From positions 19,282,001-19,346,000 of the forward strand of contig NC_082728.1 in assembly GCF_030144855.1 (NCBI RefSeq): 64,000 bases of DNA, in the 5' to 3' direction. Each line of letters opens with the position of its first letter. Position 1 is the stretch's first letter. This DNA is from Hypanus sabinus. Taxonomy: Eukaryota. The position numbers and the translations under genes were made by a program. Of this stretch, positions 36,711-49,680 are shown in pieces. Below the pieces are notes generated by a model that was given only the letters and a program-made list of their open reading frames with translations, made no database searches and was not told where the DNA came from.

Positions 36711-38367
36711 AAGCGCGGTTGGATCCCAATGCTTTTGTGATCCAAAGATTCTTCAGAAGTTCAGAATGAGGCATAAAACTTGTTGCTTATAGTCGTCTTA
36801 ATTAAATGTTACAAGATCAAATAAGAGGAAAGGAGAAGTAGCATGGTGAGAGATGGAGGGAAGACTGAAAAAGAGACAGAACAAAGGTGATGTGGTGCTC
36901 GACCAGACTATAGATGACAGTAAGTTCAACTGAAATTCCATTGACACCATCAACCAATGAAATATTCAGATTCAAGTAATGTGACACCCACCACTGAAAC
37001 CGAGAAGTTTCCAGAAAAATACTGAGGCAACTGTAACCACCGAAAAACTCACTGAACAATTACATGCATACAGGGAGTTATATACAATACAAAACAAACA
37101 TAAGGAAGTTAAACTATATGAAAAACTAAAAATTCTACAGCCCAATCCAACATCACTGAAAACTAATATTCCACGTTTGTGACTGACAGGATTAGAAACG
37201 AATCAGATGAATCCATTTCCCAACCATTGGACAACAGAAATAGGTGGAGTTTGTCACTGACATCAAACACTTACAGACATGTCAGGAAAAACAAAGAGGC
37301 TTACATTTACTACTTTGTAGTCATATATCAACATACAGTAAATACCAATGTAATAACTAAGAGCAGGAGTTGCTAATTGGACCCTTGAGTTGCTCAATCA
37401 TTAATAAGATTGGGACAGAAATACTAGGAACTTCAATTCTGCATTCCCAGTGATCTTTCATTCCCTTGTTTATCAAGAACCTGGAACATCAGTTATGAGT
37501 TTCGTAACAACCACTTTGATACAATGGCAACAATGATGATCTCATCAAAGGAAAAAAAACACAGAAAAGGGACTGGGGAGGTGTTGACATGTTTAAGGTC
37601 TTTGGAGAGGTAGGGGAGAATGGAGATTTGACACTAGTTTGCAAGTAGACAACATAATTTACTGTTCAAAGTTTTACCACATTGGTGCAGAATAGATAAA
37701 CAGAGAGAAATGATCTCACCCCATTAGGCCACACGTATGTACCAGGAGGTCAACATGACTTACATGGAAGTTAGGTTTGTTTAATTAAGATGAATCATTC
37801 ATGAGCCATGGTCGTAAAGATGGCCTAAAAAAGTTTATTTCATTTTCACTAAAGTAGCAGTTAAACTCGCTTGATGTACAGAAAAGATTTTTAAAAGTCT
37901 GATGAATAGAATATAATGTAAATTTTCAGATACAACTTTGTTTCAACGTACTAAGGCAGGATTACTTACTTCCTCCATCCAGCAGACTGTTTTTAGCCCA
38001 ATCCAATATATAGTTATTTCACTTTTAATGAGGTCTCTGACTCTAAATACATACCAGACATCTAGGAAGCTGCATGCATGATGAAAGTAAAAGAGTTACA
38101 ACCTAATACGGGCACAAATTACTTTTAGCAGACTCTTACATGCCTGGAAATGCCATGAAACAGTACTTAATTGTGTGTATCCAGTTGATTTTTTGAGTCT
38201 TGGAACAAAAGGTGCCACCATTGACTATAATGTTTTCAGGTCACACCTGCACAATAGCTGTGGAGTCCAGCAGTTTCACACTCATTGAGCAAAGAGGGAA
38301 TACACAGAGAGGACATAAGTGGTGCAACAAGTACCAACAAGACTCAAAGGATAAGTTACTATCAAAC

Positions 38368-39164
38368 CATGGAGGGCACGGAGCGACCACTCCCCACTGA
38401 ACATCGACGGCTTCTCAGTAGAGATCGTAAACAGCACCAAATTTCTTAGTGTTCACCTGATGGAGAATCTCACCTGGTCCCTCAACACCAGCTCCACAGC
38501 AAAGAAAGCCCAGCAGTGTCTCTACTTTCTGCAAAGGCTGAGGAAAGTCCATCTCTCACCCCCCCATCCTCATCACATTCTACAGGGGTTGTATTGAGAG
38601 CATCCTGAGCAACTGCATCACTGCCTGGTTCGGAAATTGCACCCTCTCGGATTGTAAGACCCTGCAGCGGGTAGTGAGGTCAGTTGAGAAGATCAGCGGG
38701 GTCTCTCTTCCCGCCATTACGGACATTTACACTGCACGCTGCATCTGCAAAGCAAACAGCATTATGAAGGACCCCACGCACCCCTCATACAAACTCTTCT
38801 CCCTCCTGCCGTCTGGGAAAAGGCATCGAAGCATTTGAGCTCTCACGAACAGACTATGTAACAGTTTCTTCCCCCAAGCAATCAGACTCCTCAATACCCA
38901 GAGCCGGGACTGACACCTTACTGTCCTATTGTCTTGTTTATTATTTATTGAAATGTCTACATTGTTTTGTGCACTTTATGCAGTCCTGGGTAGGTCTGTA
39001 GTCTAGTGTAGTTTTTTTTTCTGTTTTATTTTTTACATAGTTCAGTCTAGTTTTTGTACAGTGTCACGTAACACCATGGTCCTGAAAAAACGTTGTCTCA
39101 TTTTTACTATGTACTGTACCAGCAGTTATGGTCCAAATGACAATTAAGAAGTGACTTGACTTGA
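38368..39164 (+). mobile_element. Relatively young Rex1/Babar LINE 3' fragment
   Basis: HSPLNIDGFSVEIVNSTKFLSVHLMENLTWSLNT..KKAQQCLYFLQRL..IESILSNCITAWFGN..DPTHPSYKLFSLLPSGKR; tail (gactt)n. Confidence 0.92.
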
Positions 39165-39720
39165 ATCTATATACAACTCTGAAATTTGTCTTCTCCAGAG
39201 AGCCACAAAACAAAGAAAGAGCATGAAAGTCTTTCAGAGAGAAGCATCAAACCCAACCCCCCCGCACTAAAAAGAACGGCTTCCTGATCATCAACCCCCA
39301 AAATCCCTCCCCTGCCTAAAATGGAACAAAAACATCGACCCCCAAACAACTCCTCCCTGCACAAGAAAACTGGAAAAAAACCGGCAATGAAAACACACAC
39401 AATATAAAAACCATAAGTTTGAAAAAGACCTCAGTCCATAAATGGAATAGTCTAGTCCATAAACGCAGAGCCACCATATCATCGTATGATATCACCAACA
39501 TTCATCGAAAGAGAGAGAGACACCACACTTGGGAGAGGCCGACCTGCCTGTCGCAGCAAGCCACACAGTGATAGGCCGCTCACAGACTCCTTCTCGGCAG
39601 CGATCGAAAGGATCGCTGAACTCACACTCACCTTCCGCATTCGTTTTGACATTTCAATCTTCCTCAACGCATTAGTCAGTGGTTAATGGATGCTTTAACA
39701 GGCAAAATGGAGTCAAATGG
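39165..39720 (-). mobile_element. Non-coding element with Rex1-type tail, split by the Rex1 insertion
   Basis: Its end appears to continue at 38341-38367 (tcaaaggataagttactatcaaa); shares atttgtcttctccagagagccacaaaacaaag with 32233-32575. Confidence 0.55.
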
Positions 39721-39744
39721 ATGTCAATTCAATTAAGCTTTTCA

Positions 39745-39970
39745 GTCTGCTCAACCATTCCATCTTGGCGATTTATGCTTTATCTCTCAATCCTATTTTC
39801 CTGCCTTCTTCTCATAATCTTTGATGTCCAAACTAGTCAAGAACCTAAATATATATAAACCTATAACCTAAAAATGCTTTAAATATACCCAATGGCCTGG
39901 TCTCCACATCAATCTGTGGCAATGAGTTCCACAGATACACCAGCCTCTGGCTAGAGAAATTCCTCCTCGA
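39745..39970 (-). mobile_element. CR1-type 3' fragment
   Basis: Reverse of RRNFSSQRLVYLWNSLPQ. Confidence 0.8.
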
Positions 39971-40107
39971 TATCGTCAGTACTGAACATACAAGTTTAAT
40001 TAGTGATTTGAAAAGACCAAAAGAATGATGGAAAGGAGGTACTCTAAATTAAGAAAGAATCTGAGAGAGTTTAAAGGAAAAGATTGCTCCCATTCCATCA
40101 TGATGTA

Positions 40108-41619
40108 CAGTGGATTCAAAGTTCTGAGATGCAACTGGACTTGAGAGTCCTCGTGCAGGATACCCTTAAGGTTACCCTCCAGGATGCAATGTTGGCATTC
40201 ATTTCTAGAGATACAGAATAGAGGAGCAGGGATGTGAAGTTGAGGCTCTATAAGGAACTGGTAAGACCTCACTTGGAATACTGTGCGCAGTTTTGGGCTC
40301 CTTATTTAAGAAAGGATGTGCTGACATTGGAGAGGGTTCAGAGAAGATTCACTAGAATGATTCCGGGAATGAGAGGGTTAACATATGAGGAACGTTTAAC
40401 CGCTCTTGGACTGTACTCCTTGGAGTTTAGAAGAATGAGGGGGGACCTCATAGAAACATTTCGAATGTTGAAAGGCATGGACAGAGTGGATGTGGCAAAT
40501 TTGTTTCCCATGGTGGGGGAGTCTAGTACGAGAGGACATGACTTGAAGATTGCAGGCCACCCATTCAAAACAGAGATGTGAAAAAAAAATTTAGCCAGAG
40601 GGTGGTGAATCTATGGAATTTGTTGCCACGGGCAGCAGTGGAGGCCAAGTCATTGGGTATATTTAAGGCAGAGATTGAAAGGTATCTGAGTAGTCAAGGC
40701 ATCAAAGGTTATGGTGAGAAGGTGGGGTAATGGGACTAAAGGGGAGATTGGATCAGCTTATGATGGAATGGCGGAGCAGACATGATGGGCCGAATGGCCG
40801 ACTTCTGCTCCTGTGTCTTATGGTCTTATGGATTCCAATTGATTAGGCTATGGGTTAATAGGGGCAGCCATTTATTTGGGCCAATTCTTAAAGAACAAAA
40901 ACTAAATCGAGAAAATAGCTGGGATTCCTTTCATTTATTTGGGACACTATGCTGCTTAACTGGGACAGGAGACTGTTGCGGAACAGTTTCTAACTAGCGT
41001 CAATCTCTTGTACTTGCATGCCTGTTGGACACTACCCAATGCTTAGAGCAATCAGTTTTTAAATAGTGTTAGTTGTGTGTGTTTGTGTTCAAAACGCAAT
41101 GTCTTTGGCACTGATAGTTGGCGAGAAGTAAGCAGTAAGACAATTTGGAACTGTTTTGCTCACTGCGGTTTCAAGCATTCACACTTGGAGATGCCAGAAA
41201 CGGCCAGGAGTGAAAATGAAACAATTTCACTACTTCAACAAGTTAGGACTTCAAAGGTATTGACAATCATCTTGAATATTGCAATGAAAATGAAGATTTG
41301 GAGGATGCAATTGTCTAAAGCATTGCATAGAGGCAGTCCATTATCTACACTAGATGTCTCTGCTGATTTTGTTCATCTACAGTCAATCGAAAGAAGACCA
41401 GATGAATTCCTCTGTTGATAACTAATACACAGTTTTATAGTACTTTGGAGACATTGGTAGTATTCTAATTTGTTCTGTATTTCACTTAAATACATGAATT
41501 GTTGCTCAGTTAACTGGCAATTTATCTTTTTTTATACTTTTAACTACTTCCATGAAATTTTAGCTAATTAGACTAAAATGTACTGGTCCCGATCTATCCC
41601 AATTAACCGGAATTCACTG
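40108..41619 (+). mobile_element. pogo/Tigger-type non-autonomous DNA transposon (left TIR split by a CR1)
   Basis: Rejoined left end TA|CAGTGGATTCCAATTGATTAGG matches the reverse complement of the right end CAGTGAATTCCGGTTAATTGGG; internal DSWREVSSKTIWNCFAHCGF matches the pogo/Tigger transposase W..V...TI.NCF...GF motif. Confidence 0.8.
40118..40828 (+). mobile_element. Young CR1-type LINE 3' fragment
   Basis: ORF 40234-40581 reads LYKELVRPHLEYCAQFWAPYLRKDVLTLERVQRRFTRMIPGM; (gtcttatg)n tail; TSD TGGATTC at 40111-40117 and 40829-40835. Confidence 0.95.
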
Positions 41620-41641
41620 TTTTTTAAAAAGGGCGTGTCTA

Positions 41642-41930
41642 TCAGAATCAGATTTGGGTTTTATATGAATATGTTGTTCAATTTGTTATTTTGGGTGCAG
41701 TACATAAAATGTACAAGTTATGATAAGAAATATACAAATAATTAAATAAGTAGTACAAAAAGTGAGCAAAAATACTGATGGATTGTTTCATTGTCCAATC
41801 AGAAATCACGGCTGAGGGGAAGAACATTGAAGCATTGAGTGTGTGTCTTCAGGCTCCTGTACCTCATCGTAATAAGAACAGAGCATGTCCTGGGTAATGG
41901 GAGATACTTAATGATAGACTCTCTTTTTGA
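41642..41930 (-). mobile_element. Rex1-type 3' end
   Basis: tcagaatcagat tail; reverse of RYRSLKTHTQCF. Confidence 0.7.
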
Positions 41931-42667
41931 AGCATCATGGTTTGCTGGGGAGTCTAGTGCCCATTTAGAGCCTTGCACCAATTCAAAGTTATTACTAGGA
42001 CATAGAGAGATGGTTAAAGAAATTATTTTTTTATTCAGCTCCCTGAGTATTTGGCATGTATCAGAACTCACCAAAGAAGCCAGTTGAATCACAGACGTTA
42101 AGAAGTGAGTTAGCTTGGAAAAACACAATCAATGGAAAGAGCAGGAAATGTGATTAGAATGGTGTGGAACCAATCTGGCATGGGAACTAAGGAATAAACT
42201 CCTTATTCCACATTCAGATTTTTATGGTTACGTATTCAATTTGTTTGTGGTTATTCAGGTGGGTTTTTAGTTACTGCCAAAGTTATTCTGATTTTTATGA
42301 GGAATGATCAAAAGGTTAAATGTGTGGCTCAAATAATGCAGACTGGGCTGTTTCACCTTCATGGTTTGAGACAGAATGGAGCTTAGTTTATGCCTTCTTG
42401 ACTTTGGATTGGCCCCAAGTTTCCCTCCACATGTACATTAATATTAGTAGGATTGGTTTCTAGCCCTCTTTTCTATTCTCCATTTTTTCCCTTTTTAAAA
42501 AAATTCATCAACATGATAAGCTTGCCATTAGCAAAGTCAAAACTTGAGTTGCCCATCAAAAGGTTGTGCTGAGCTTCAGTAATATCAGTGAAGATCATCC
42601 TAAAGGGTTGGTGGATACAGAGTTTCAGGATTTAGACCCAAAAGGAGAAAAAATCCATGATTATTAC

Positions 42668-43172
42668 GATGCTGGCGTTGGGCAGGGTCCAGAGGAGGTT
42701 CACAAGAATGATCCCAGGAATGAAGGGGTTAACGTGTGAGGAGCGCTTCATGGCTCTGGGCCTGTACTCAATTGAGTTTAGAAGAATGAGGAGGAGGCAG
42801 GGGGGAATCTCACTGAAACCTACCAAATATTGCAAGGTCCAAGTTGAGAGGATGTTCCCTATAGTGGGGGAATCTAGGACAAGAGGACACAGCCTCAGAA
42901 TAGGATATCCCCTTAGAACTGAGATGAGGAGGAATTTCTTTAGCCAGAGAGTGGTGAATCTGTGGAATTCATTGCCTCAGGCAGCAGTGGAGGCCAAGTC
43001 CTTGGGTATATTTAAAGTGGAAGTTGATAGGTTCTTGATTAATCAGGGCATCAAAGGTTACGGTAAGAAGGTAGGAAAATGGGTTTGAGAGGGATAATAA
43101 ATCAGCCATGATAGAATGGCAGAGCAGATGCAATGGGCCAAATGGCCTAATTCTGCTCCCTTGTCTTATGGC
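42668..43172 (+). mobile_element. CR1-type LINE 3' fragment
   Basis: ORF 42657-43088 reads LGRVQRRFTRMIPGMKGL..RRNFFSQRVVNLWNSLPQ. Confidence 0.92.
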
Positions 43173-43829
43173 AGTGGGAGACTGGAATGGCAGAACACAG
43201 AAGGTATTCCCATGCACCAAATGACCTTGTCCCTCAGCTTGGTTAATGTCATGTATTTGGAAGGAGCATTTGAAGGTGGATTGGCAGAGTTATCCAATGC
43301 ACTTTGTACACAGTACAGTTTGCAGAAAGTATACTTATATTTTGAGTGGTGGAGAGGGTGCCTAGCAGACGCCATTGTGTTATAATCCTTACATTTCAGC
43401 TTGTGTAAAGATTTTACAATGAATTGTGAAGCATGGTGTTCATAGCTTTAGAGTAAAAGGAGAAATATTTTGGGGGAATCTGAGGGGTAAGTTGTCTGGT
43501 AGGGTGACTTGGGAACTCAACTGTAAAGCAATTGGCAAGGTACTTAGTGTATCTGTCCAATTCCAACGACTCCAATTTACCTTAGTGTTTGTGGAAGGGT
43601 AAGCTCATTTGGCTGGCGCTGTCAGTCCATGTACTGCAGCAGCTTAATAAGACTTTGTCAACAGGGCAAACTGGAGCTTTCACGTCACACTGCAAAGAAA
43701 TGGAAGCAGGACTCGGCCATCTACCCTGTATTTCCTCCAGGTAAGATCTTGGCTCATCATAAATTTCAGATCAGCCTATGCTAACCCCATTTCCCTCAAC
43801 TCCCTCAAATTCACCAGATGTGAATGATG

Positions 43830-45050
43830 GACTATAGCACAGTACAGCGGAGGAACAGGTTCTTTGGCCCATGATATCTGTGCTGTCCATGATGCGAAAT
43901 TAAACTAATCCATCCATCTGCAAATTATCCATATTGCTGCATGAGGCAATTTGGGTTAAATGGTCTAATTATGCTCCTCTATCTTACGGTCTTATTTGGG
44001 GCTGAGAAGGAAATGGATCAGGCATGATGAAATGGAGGAGCTCACTTGATGGGCCTAATTCTGTTCCTATATCCTATGCCCCACATGTTCATGCGGTTGC
44101 CTTAAAGCATCTTCAATATGTCTACTTCCATCACCTGCCCTATTATTATGTACCAGGCACCTACCACACTCTGTGTTGATAAAACTTTACACATCTAAAT
44201 AAAATTTTCCTCTTCTTGCCTTAAAACTATGACCCTTAGGTTTTGACACATTTCCACCCTGGGAAAATATATATCCACCAATGCCTTGTAAAAATTTATA
44301 AACTTCTGATTCCCTCTTAGCCTTGGAGACACCAGAGAAAATAATCCAATTTCATCAATCCTCTCATTTCTAATATTGTGTAATCCAAGCATCATCTTGG
44401 TGATGCTCTTCAAAGCCTCCAACATCTTTTGTTTAATATGGCAAGTGGAAATGCACATAACACCCCAAATGTGGCCTAACCAAAGTTTTATCCAGCAGTA
44501 ATATAATTTACCAACTTTTTCATGTTTCGTACCCCGATCAATGAAAGCAAGCAAACTGTTTGCCTTCTTTATCGCTGTATCTAGTTGTATCGCCACTTTC
44601 AGAGGCTAAGGACCAAGATCCTTCTGTTCATTAGTGATGTGACAATGATAAGGGTTTTACTGTGCACTTTTCCCTTACTGATTTTTCTTGTGTACTTGCT
44701 CCTTACTGACTTGGTCGCCCTAAGTGCCACACCTCAAACTCAACTGGAATTTCTACATTTCTACAATATCTGCCATTTCTACACCCATATCCCCAAATGA
44801 TCTATTTCATGGTGTTTCCTCTTCCACTATCCAAAACTCCACCAAGTTTTGTGTCATCTAAAAACTTACTAATTAGCCCACCCACATTATATATACAGTA
44901 TATCTCAAGTAAAAGAAGTCCTAGCTATGATCCCTGTGGAATACCACTGATCACAGATCTCCAAGACAGAGAAACTCTCGTCTACCACTACCTTCTATCT
45001 TCTATGGCCAAGGCTGTTTTGAAAATCAATTGTCTGAATTTTCAGGATTA
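43830..45050 (-). mobile_element. Decayed CR1-type LINE (RT core to 3' tail), with + strand CR1 tail stubs inserted at about 43940-44077
   Basis: Reverse strand reads WRSVISGIPQGS (about 44930-44965), an ISKFLDDTKLGG-like motif and KKANSLLAFIDRG; tail at 43830. Confidence 0.8.
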
Positions 45051-45351
45051 GATAATGAGTCAAACAAACATTCCCCAGCACACGTAGCATAAAGTCTGAT
45101 TTGGCATCATCTACAAAAAATGTGTAAGCTTCGTTCAAAGTTCAGATGATGTCACATTATTGGAACAAACCTCGATCCGTTTATAAAATTGCTGGAATTT
45201 AAGACATTGTCAGTCAGATTCTGGGTCAGGCCAGTAATGCTTGCACTAGCTGAGGACACATGAGCAAGAAAGTGTTGTTTTCTCAAGTCCCGCAAAATTG
45301 ATTATCCTGTTAAATCACTATTATCATTTTATGCTAAGCCTAAAAAGGGAG

Positions 45352-47690
45352 TTCAAACTTTGCAACAAAGCCATCAATTCCATCATCCAAATTATCAACA
45401 TATAACGTAAAAAGAATTGGTCCCTACACAGACCCCTGTGTAACACCACTAGTCACTTGTAGCCAACCAAAAATGGCTCACTTGAATCCCACTCTTTGCC
45501 TCCTGCCAATCAGCCACTGCTTTATCCATGCTAGAATCTTCCCTGTAATATCATGGGCTTGTAGCTTGTTCAGCAGCTTCATGTGTGTCACCTAGTCAAA
45601 GGCCTTCTGAAAATTCAAGTACACGGCATCCACTGATTTTCTTTTGTCTGTCTGCTTGTTATTTCTGCAAATAATTCCAACAGATTTGGCAGGCAAGATC
45701 TTACCTTGAGGAAACCAAAGCTAACTACGGCCTATTTTATCATGTGCCTTCAAGTACCCTGAGACCTCATCCTTAATAATCGACTTCAACTTCTTCCCAA
45801 CCACCAAGGTCAGACTAACTGGCCTATAGATTCCTTTCTTCTGCCTCACTTCTTGAACAGTTGAATGACATTTTCAGTTTTCCAGATCAATTGCAGAATT
45901 TAGTGATTCTTGAAAGATCATTACTCATGCCTCCACAATCTCTTCAGCCATCTCTTTCAGAACCCTGGGGTGTACACCATCTGGTCCAGGTGACTTATCT
46001 ACCTTCAGACTTCTCAGTTTCCCAATATCTTCTGTCTGGTTATGATAACTTCACACCAGATAGCTAGTGTCTTCCACAAATGAAAAATGCTTATTCAGTT
46101 CATAAACTATGTCACTGTCCCCCATTACTGCCTCTCCAGCATCATTTTCCAGCAGTCTGATATTCACTCTCCCCTCTCTTTTACACTTTATTTATTTGAA
46201 GAAACGTTTGATATCCTCCATAATATTACTGGCTAGCTTACTTTTGCATTTCATTTTTACCTTCCTAATGACTTTTTCGTTGCCTTCTGTTGGTTTTTAA
46301 AAGTTTCCCAATCCTCTAACTTCTCACTAAGTTTTACTCTATTATTTGCCCTCTCTTTGGCCTTTATGTTGGCTTTGATTTCTCGTGTTAGCCACAGTTG
46401 TGTCATCTTTCCTTTAGAATACTTCTTCCTCTTTGGGACACATATACTCTCTGCCTTCTGAATTGCTTCCATTGCTGCTCTCCCGTTGTCCCTGCCAATG
46501 CTCTTTTCCAATCAGTTCTGTCAAACTCCTCTCTCCTGCCCCGTTACTCCATGTCAAACTGATACATCAGATTCTAGCTTCTCCTTCTCAAGTTTCAGAG
46601 TGAATTTGATCATATTATGACAACTCTCCCCTAAAGCTCACAAATCAATTCTGGTTCATTGCACAACCTCCAATCCAGAATAGCTGATCCCCTAGTGGGC
46701 TCAACCATGAACTGCTCCAATAAGTTATCTCATAGGCATTCTTTAAATTCCCCCTCCTGGAATCCAGCACCAACCTGATTTTCCCAATCTAACTGCACAT
46801 TGAAAACCCCCCATGACTATTGCAACATTGCCCTTTTGGCATTCATTTTCTATCTCCAATTGTAATTTGTAGGCCACATCCTTACTACTTTTGGGGATCT
46901 GTATACAAGTACCATCAAGGTCTTTTTACCCTTGCATTTCCTAAGCTCTACCCACAATGATTCAACCTCTTCCAACTTTATGACACCTCTTTCTAATGAA
47001 TTAATTTCTTCTTTTTTACCAACACAGCCATGCCTCCCCCTCTGCCTTTCTGCCTGTACTTTCAGTACAATGTGTATGCTTGGACATTAAGCTCTCAGCT
47101 ATCAGCCGTGACTCAGTGATGCTTTTAAAATCATACTTTCCAATCTGCAACTGGACTGCAAGTTCACCTACCTTATTCCGTATACTGGACACTTTCAAAT
47201 ATAACTCCTTCAGTCATGTGTTGACCCTTTTCGATTTTGTCCGACTTTACGTTGGAACATCCTGTTGACTGTAATTTTGCCCTAGCAACAGCCTTTCCTC
47301 ACTACACATTGCCATTATTTGTAAACCAGCTTCCTCATCTTCAGCACTATCATCTGCCTTTCCTACGATACTTCTTGCATTGAAATATACACAGCTCAGG
47401 ACACTTCGTCGCACAAAGCTCAACCTTTTGATTCCTAACTTTGTTTGAGGTATTACCAACATCTGCCTCCACTAACTGTCCTGGCATTCTGGTTCCCACC
47501 CTCTGCAACTCTAGTTTAAACCCCGCCGTGCAGCATTAACAAACCTTCCCACTGGGATATTAGTCCTCCTTCAGTTCACGTAGAAACAAACCAGCCCTTC
47601 TGTAAAGATCCCATCTTCTCTGGAACAGAGCTCAATGATCCTAAAATCTTATGTCCTTTCTCCTACACCAACTCCTTAGCCATATCTAAA
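45352..47690 (-). mobile_element. Long decayed CR1-type LINE: ORF1 end, APE endonuclease, RT up to the catalytic motif
   Basis: LSCVYFNARSIVGKAD, LYLKVSSIRNKVGEL..YD...ITES, (N)YRPVSLT, YLNFQKAFD, VTSGVTQGSV*GPILFTLYVDNLDDGIDGFVAKF; several stops and frameshifts. Confidence 0.92.
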
Positions 47691-48914
47691 CTGACACAGA
47701 AGGAGGAGTGACCCGGGGTAAGTGATATTATGCTTACGTCAGTTTTGGAAATCCTGCACTTCACTGAACCAATATACCTGGTGTAACCAAACGATATTCA
47801 AAGGCAAGATTCTTAAGTTCAAAGTTCAAAGTAAATGTATTATCAAAGTACTCATATTTGGATTAGAGCTATACGTGTTGTAACTGGCTCCCCTGCAGAT
47901 GCGATTCCTTGGGAGTCTCCTACATTCTAAGGACACATTTGAATTTCAAAGCCAGTGGTTATCATGGAGTTTGCAGCACATTCTGCAACCAGCTGGGGCC
48001 CTTGAACAGATTAGCATGGAAGGCGACAGTTCTCTGTCCCACTTCCAGCATAGAAGCTGCTGGAGGCAGCAATACAACCATATTAGAAACCACGTGTATT
48101 ATATAACACAATTGAATCCTGTTAAAACATATGATGACTGGGTTTGCCAAGTCGTGTTATGCTTGGATCTTGACTTTTATAAATCAGTGATAAGAATAGT
48201 AATTTGCAAATCTTTGTAACACAGCTCATTTAATCATTTGTGCAGTAATTTGATATAAAAAATAATGCTCAACAAAAACATGCTTCACCAAATGTAATGA
48301 GATATCTTAAATTCACCACGGACTCTTGCCAATAGTTTGGCAGAAGGCTGCCTATGTTTAGCCTGCTGAGCAATAAAAATGGATAATTGGGGAAGATTTC
48401 ATGCTTGGATGAAAGTTTTCCATTTTGCTGTTATGCTTGGATCAGGAACTTGGTCCAATAGTCACGACTCCAAAGTGACTTACTGTATTGAGATGCATGG
48501 TTCAGCTTTGAATTTACCAGGAGTCAGCAATATAAAATACCATTATGAATGTAAAGTCTGCTGAGCAAAGCTGCTTTTAAAGTAGCCTGAAATTACCTTT
48601 GATTAATTTGTTTGAGCTCCGTAAAATGAAAATAAACTTATGTTTCATAGATTTTGCACGCCTGTTGCAACCAAGGTGTCTGAACTTACTCCTGAACAGG
48701 AGCAAATGAGAAGACATATATTTGGGGCTTTATTATGCCCATGACCATTCTGTTATAAAGCAGCACTGAACTCTGAATCAATCATTGCACTAAGGCTCTA
48801 AGTGCCAACATCTGGGTTCATTGCTGGTATTACATGCATGCTGAAAATTATGCCTCTCCTTGTGTGAGAGGGTCAATGAAGAAGATGTGCCTACTTTGAT
48901 GCAAAGTAGGAGAT

Positions 48915-49680
48915 GATAACTGACTTCAGGAGGAGGAAAGCAGAGGGCCATGAGCCAGTCCTCACTGGAGGATCAGAGGTGGAGATGGGTCAGCAACTTT
49001 AAATATCTTGGTGTTATCATTTCAGAGGATCTGACCTTGGTCCAGCACATAAGAAAGCACATTCACACCTCTACTTAGTTTGTGAAGATTTGGCATGTCA
49101 TCTGAAACTTCGACAAGCTTCTTTTACTGTGCAGTGGAGAATATACTGACTGGTTGCATCACAGCCTGGCATGGAAACACCAGTGCCCTTGTCCGGAAAA
49201 GCCTGACAAAAAGTAGTGGTTATGGCCGGCCAATCAGGGTAAAGCTCTCCCCACCTTTGGGCACATCTACACAGAGCGCTGTTGCAGAAAGGCAACATTC
49301 TTCATCAAGGACGACATCAACCAGGTTATGCTCTCTTCTCACTGCTGCCATCAGTGAGAAGGTACAGGAGCTGCAGGATCTGTGCCCACCAGATTCTGGA
49401 ACAATTATTACCCCTCAGCCATCAGGCTTTTGAAGCAGATGGGACAACTCCACTCAACCCATCACTGAACTGTTCCCGCTAAAATGGACTATCATGTTCT
49501 CAATATTTATTGCTTATTTATAAAATATTATTACTATTTTATTTTTTTGTATATGCAGAGTTTGTTGATTTTTTTTGCATGTTGGTTGATGTCCATCATT
49601 GATTCTGTGGTGTTTCTTGTATTTACTGTGATTCCCACAAGAAAATGAATCTCAGGGTTGTATATATAAATTTGAACTTA
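48915..49680 (+). mobile_element. Rex1-type LINE 3' fragment
   Basis: NFKYLGVIISEDLT, FYCAVENILTGCITAWHGN, YALFSLLPSVRRYRS. Confidence 0.9.

Noticed and set aside
36860-37330. A-rich stretch with short open frames, possibly a decayed retroelement or viral ORF
   Set aside because: No motif could be recognised and the frames are short and interrupted.
40234-40581. Functional reverse transcriptase CDS
   Set aside because: 5'-truncated CR1 fragment lacking the catalytic core; no LINE, PLE or transposase ORF in the window is intact.
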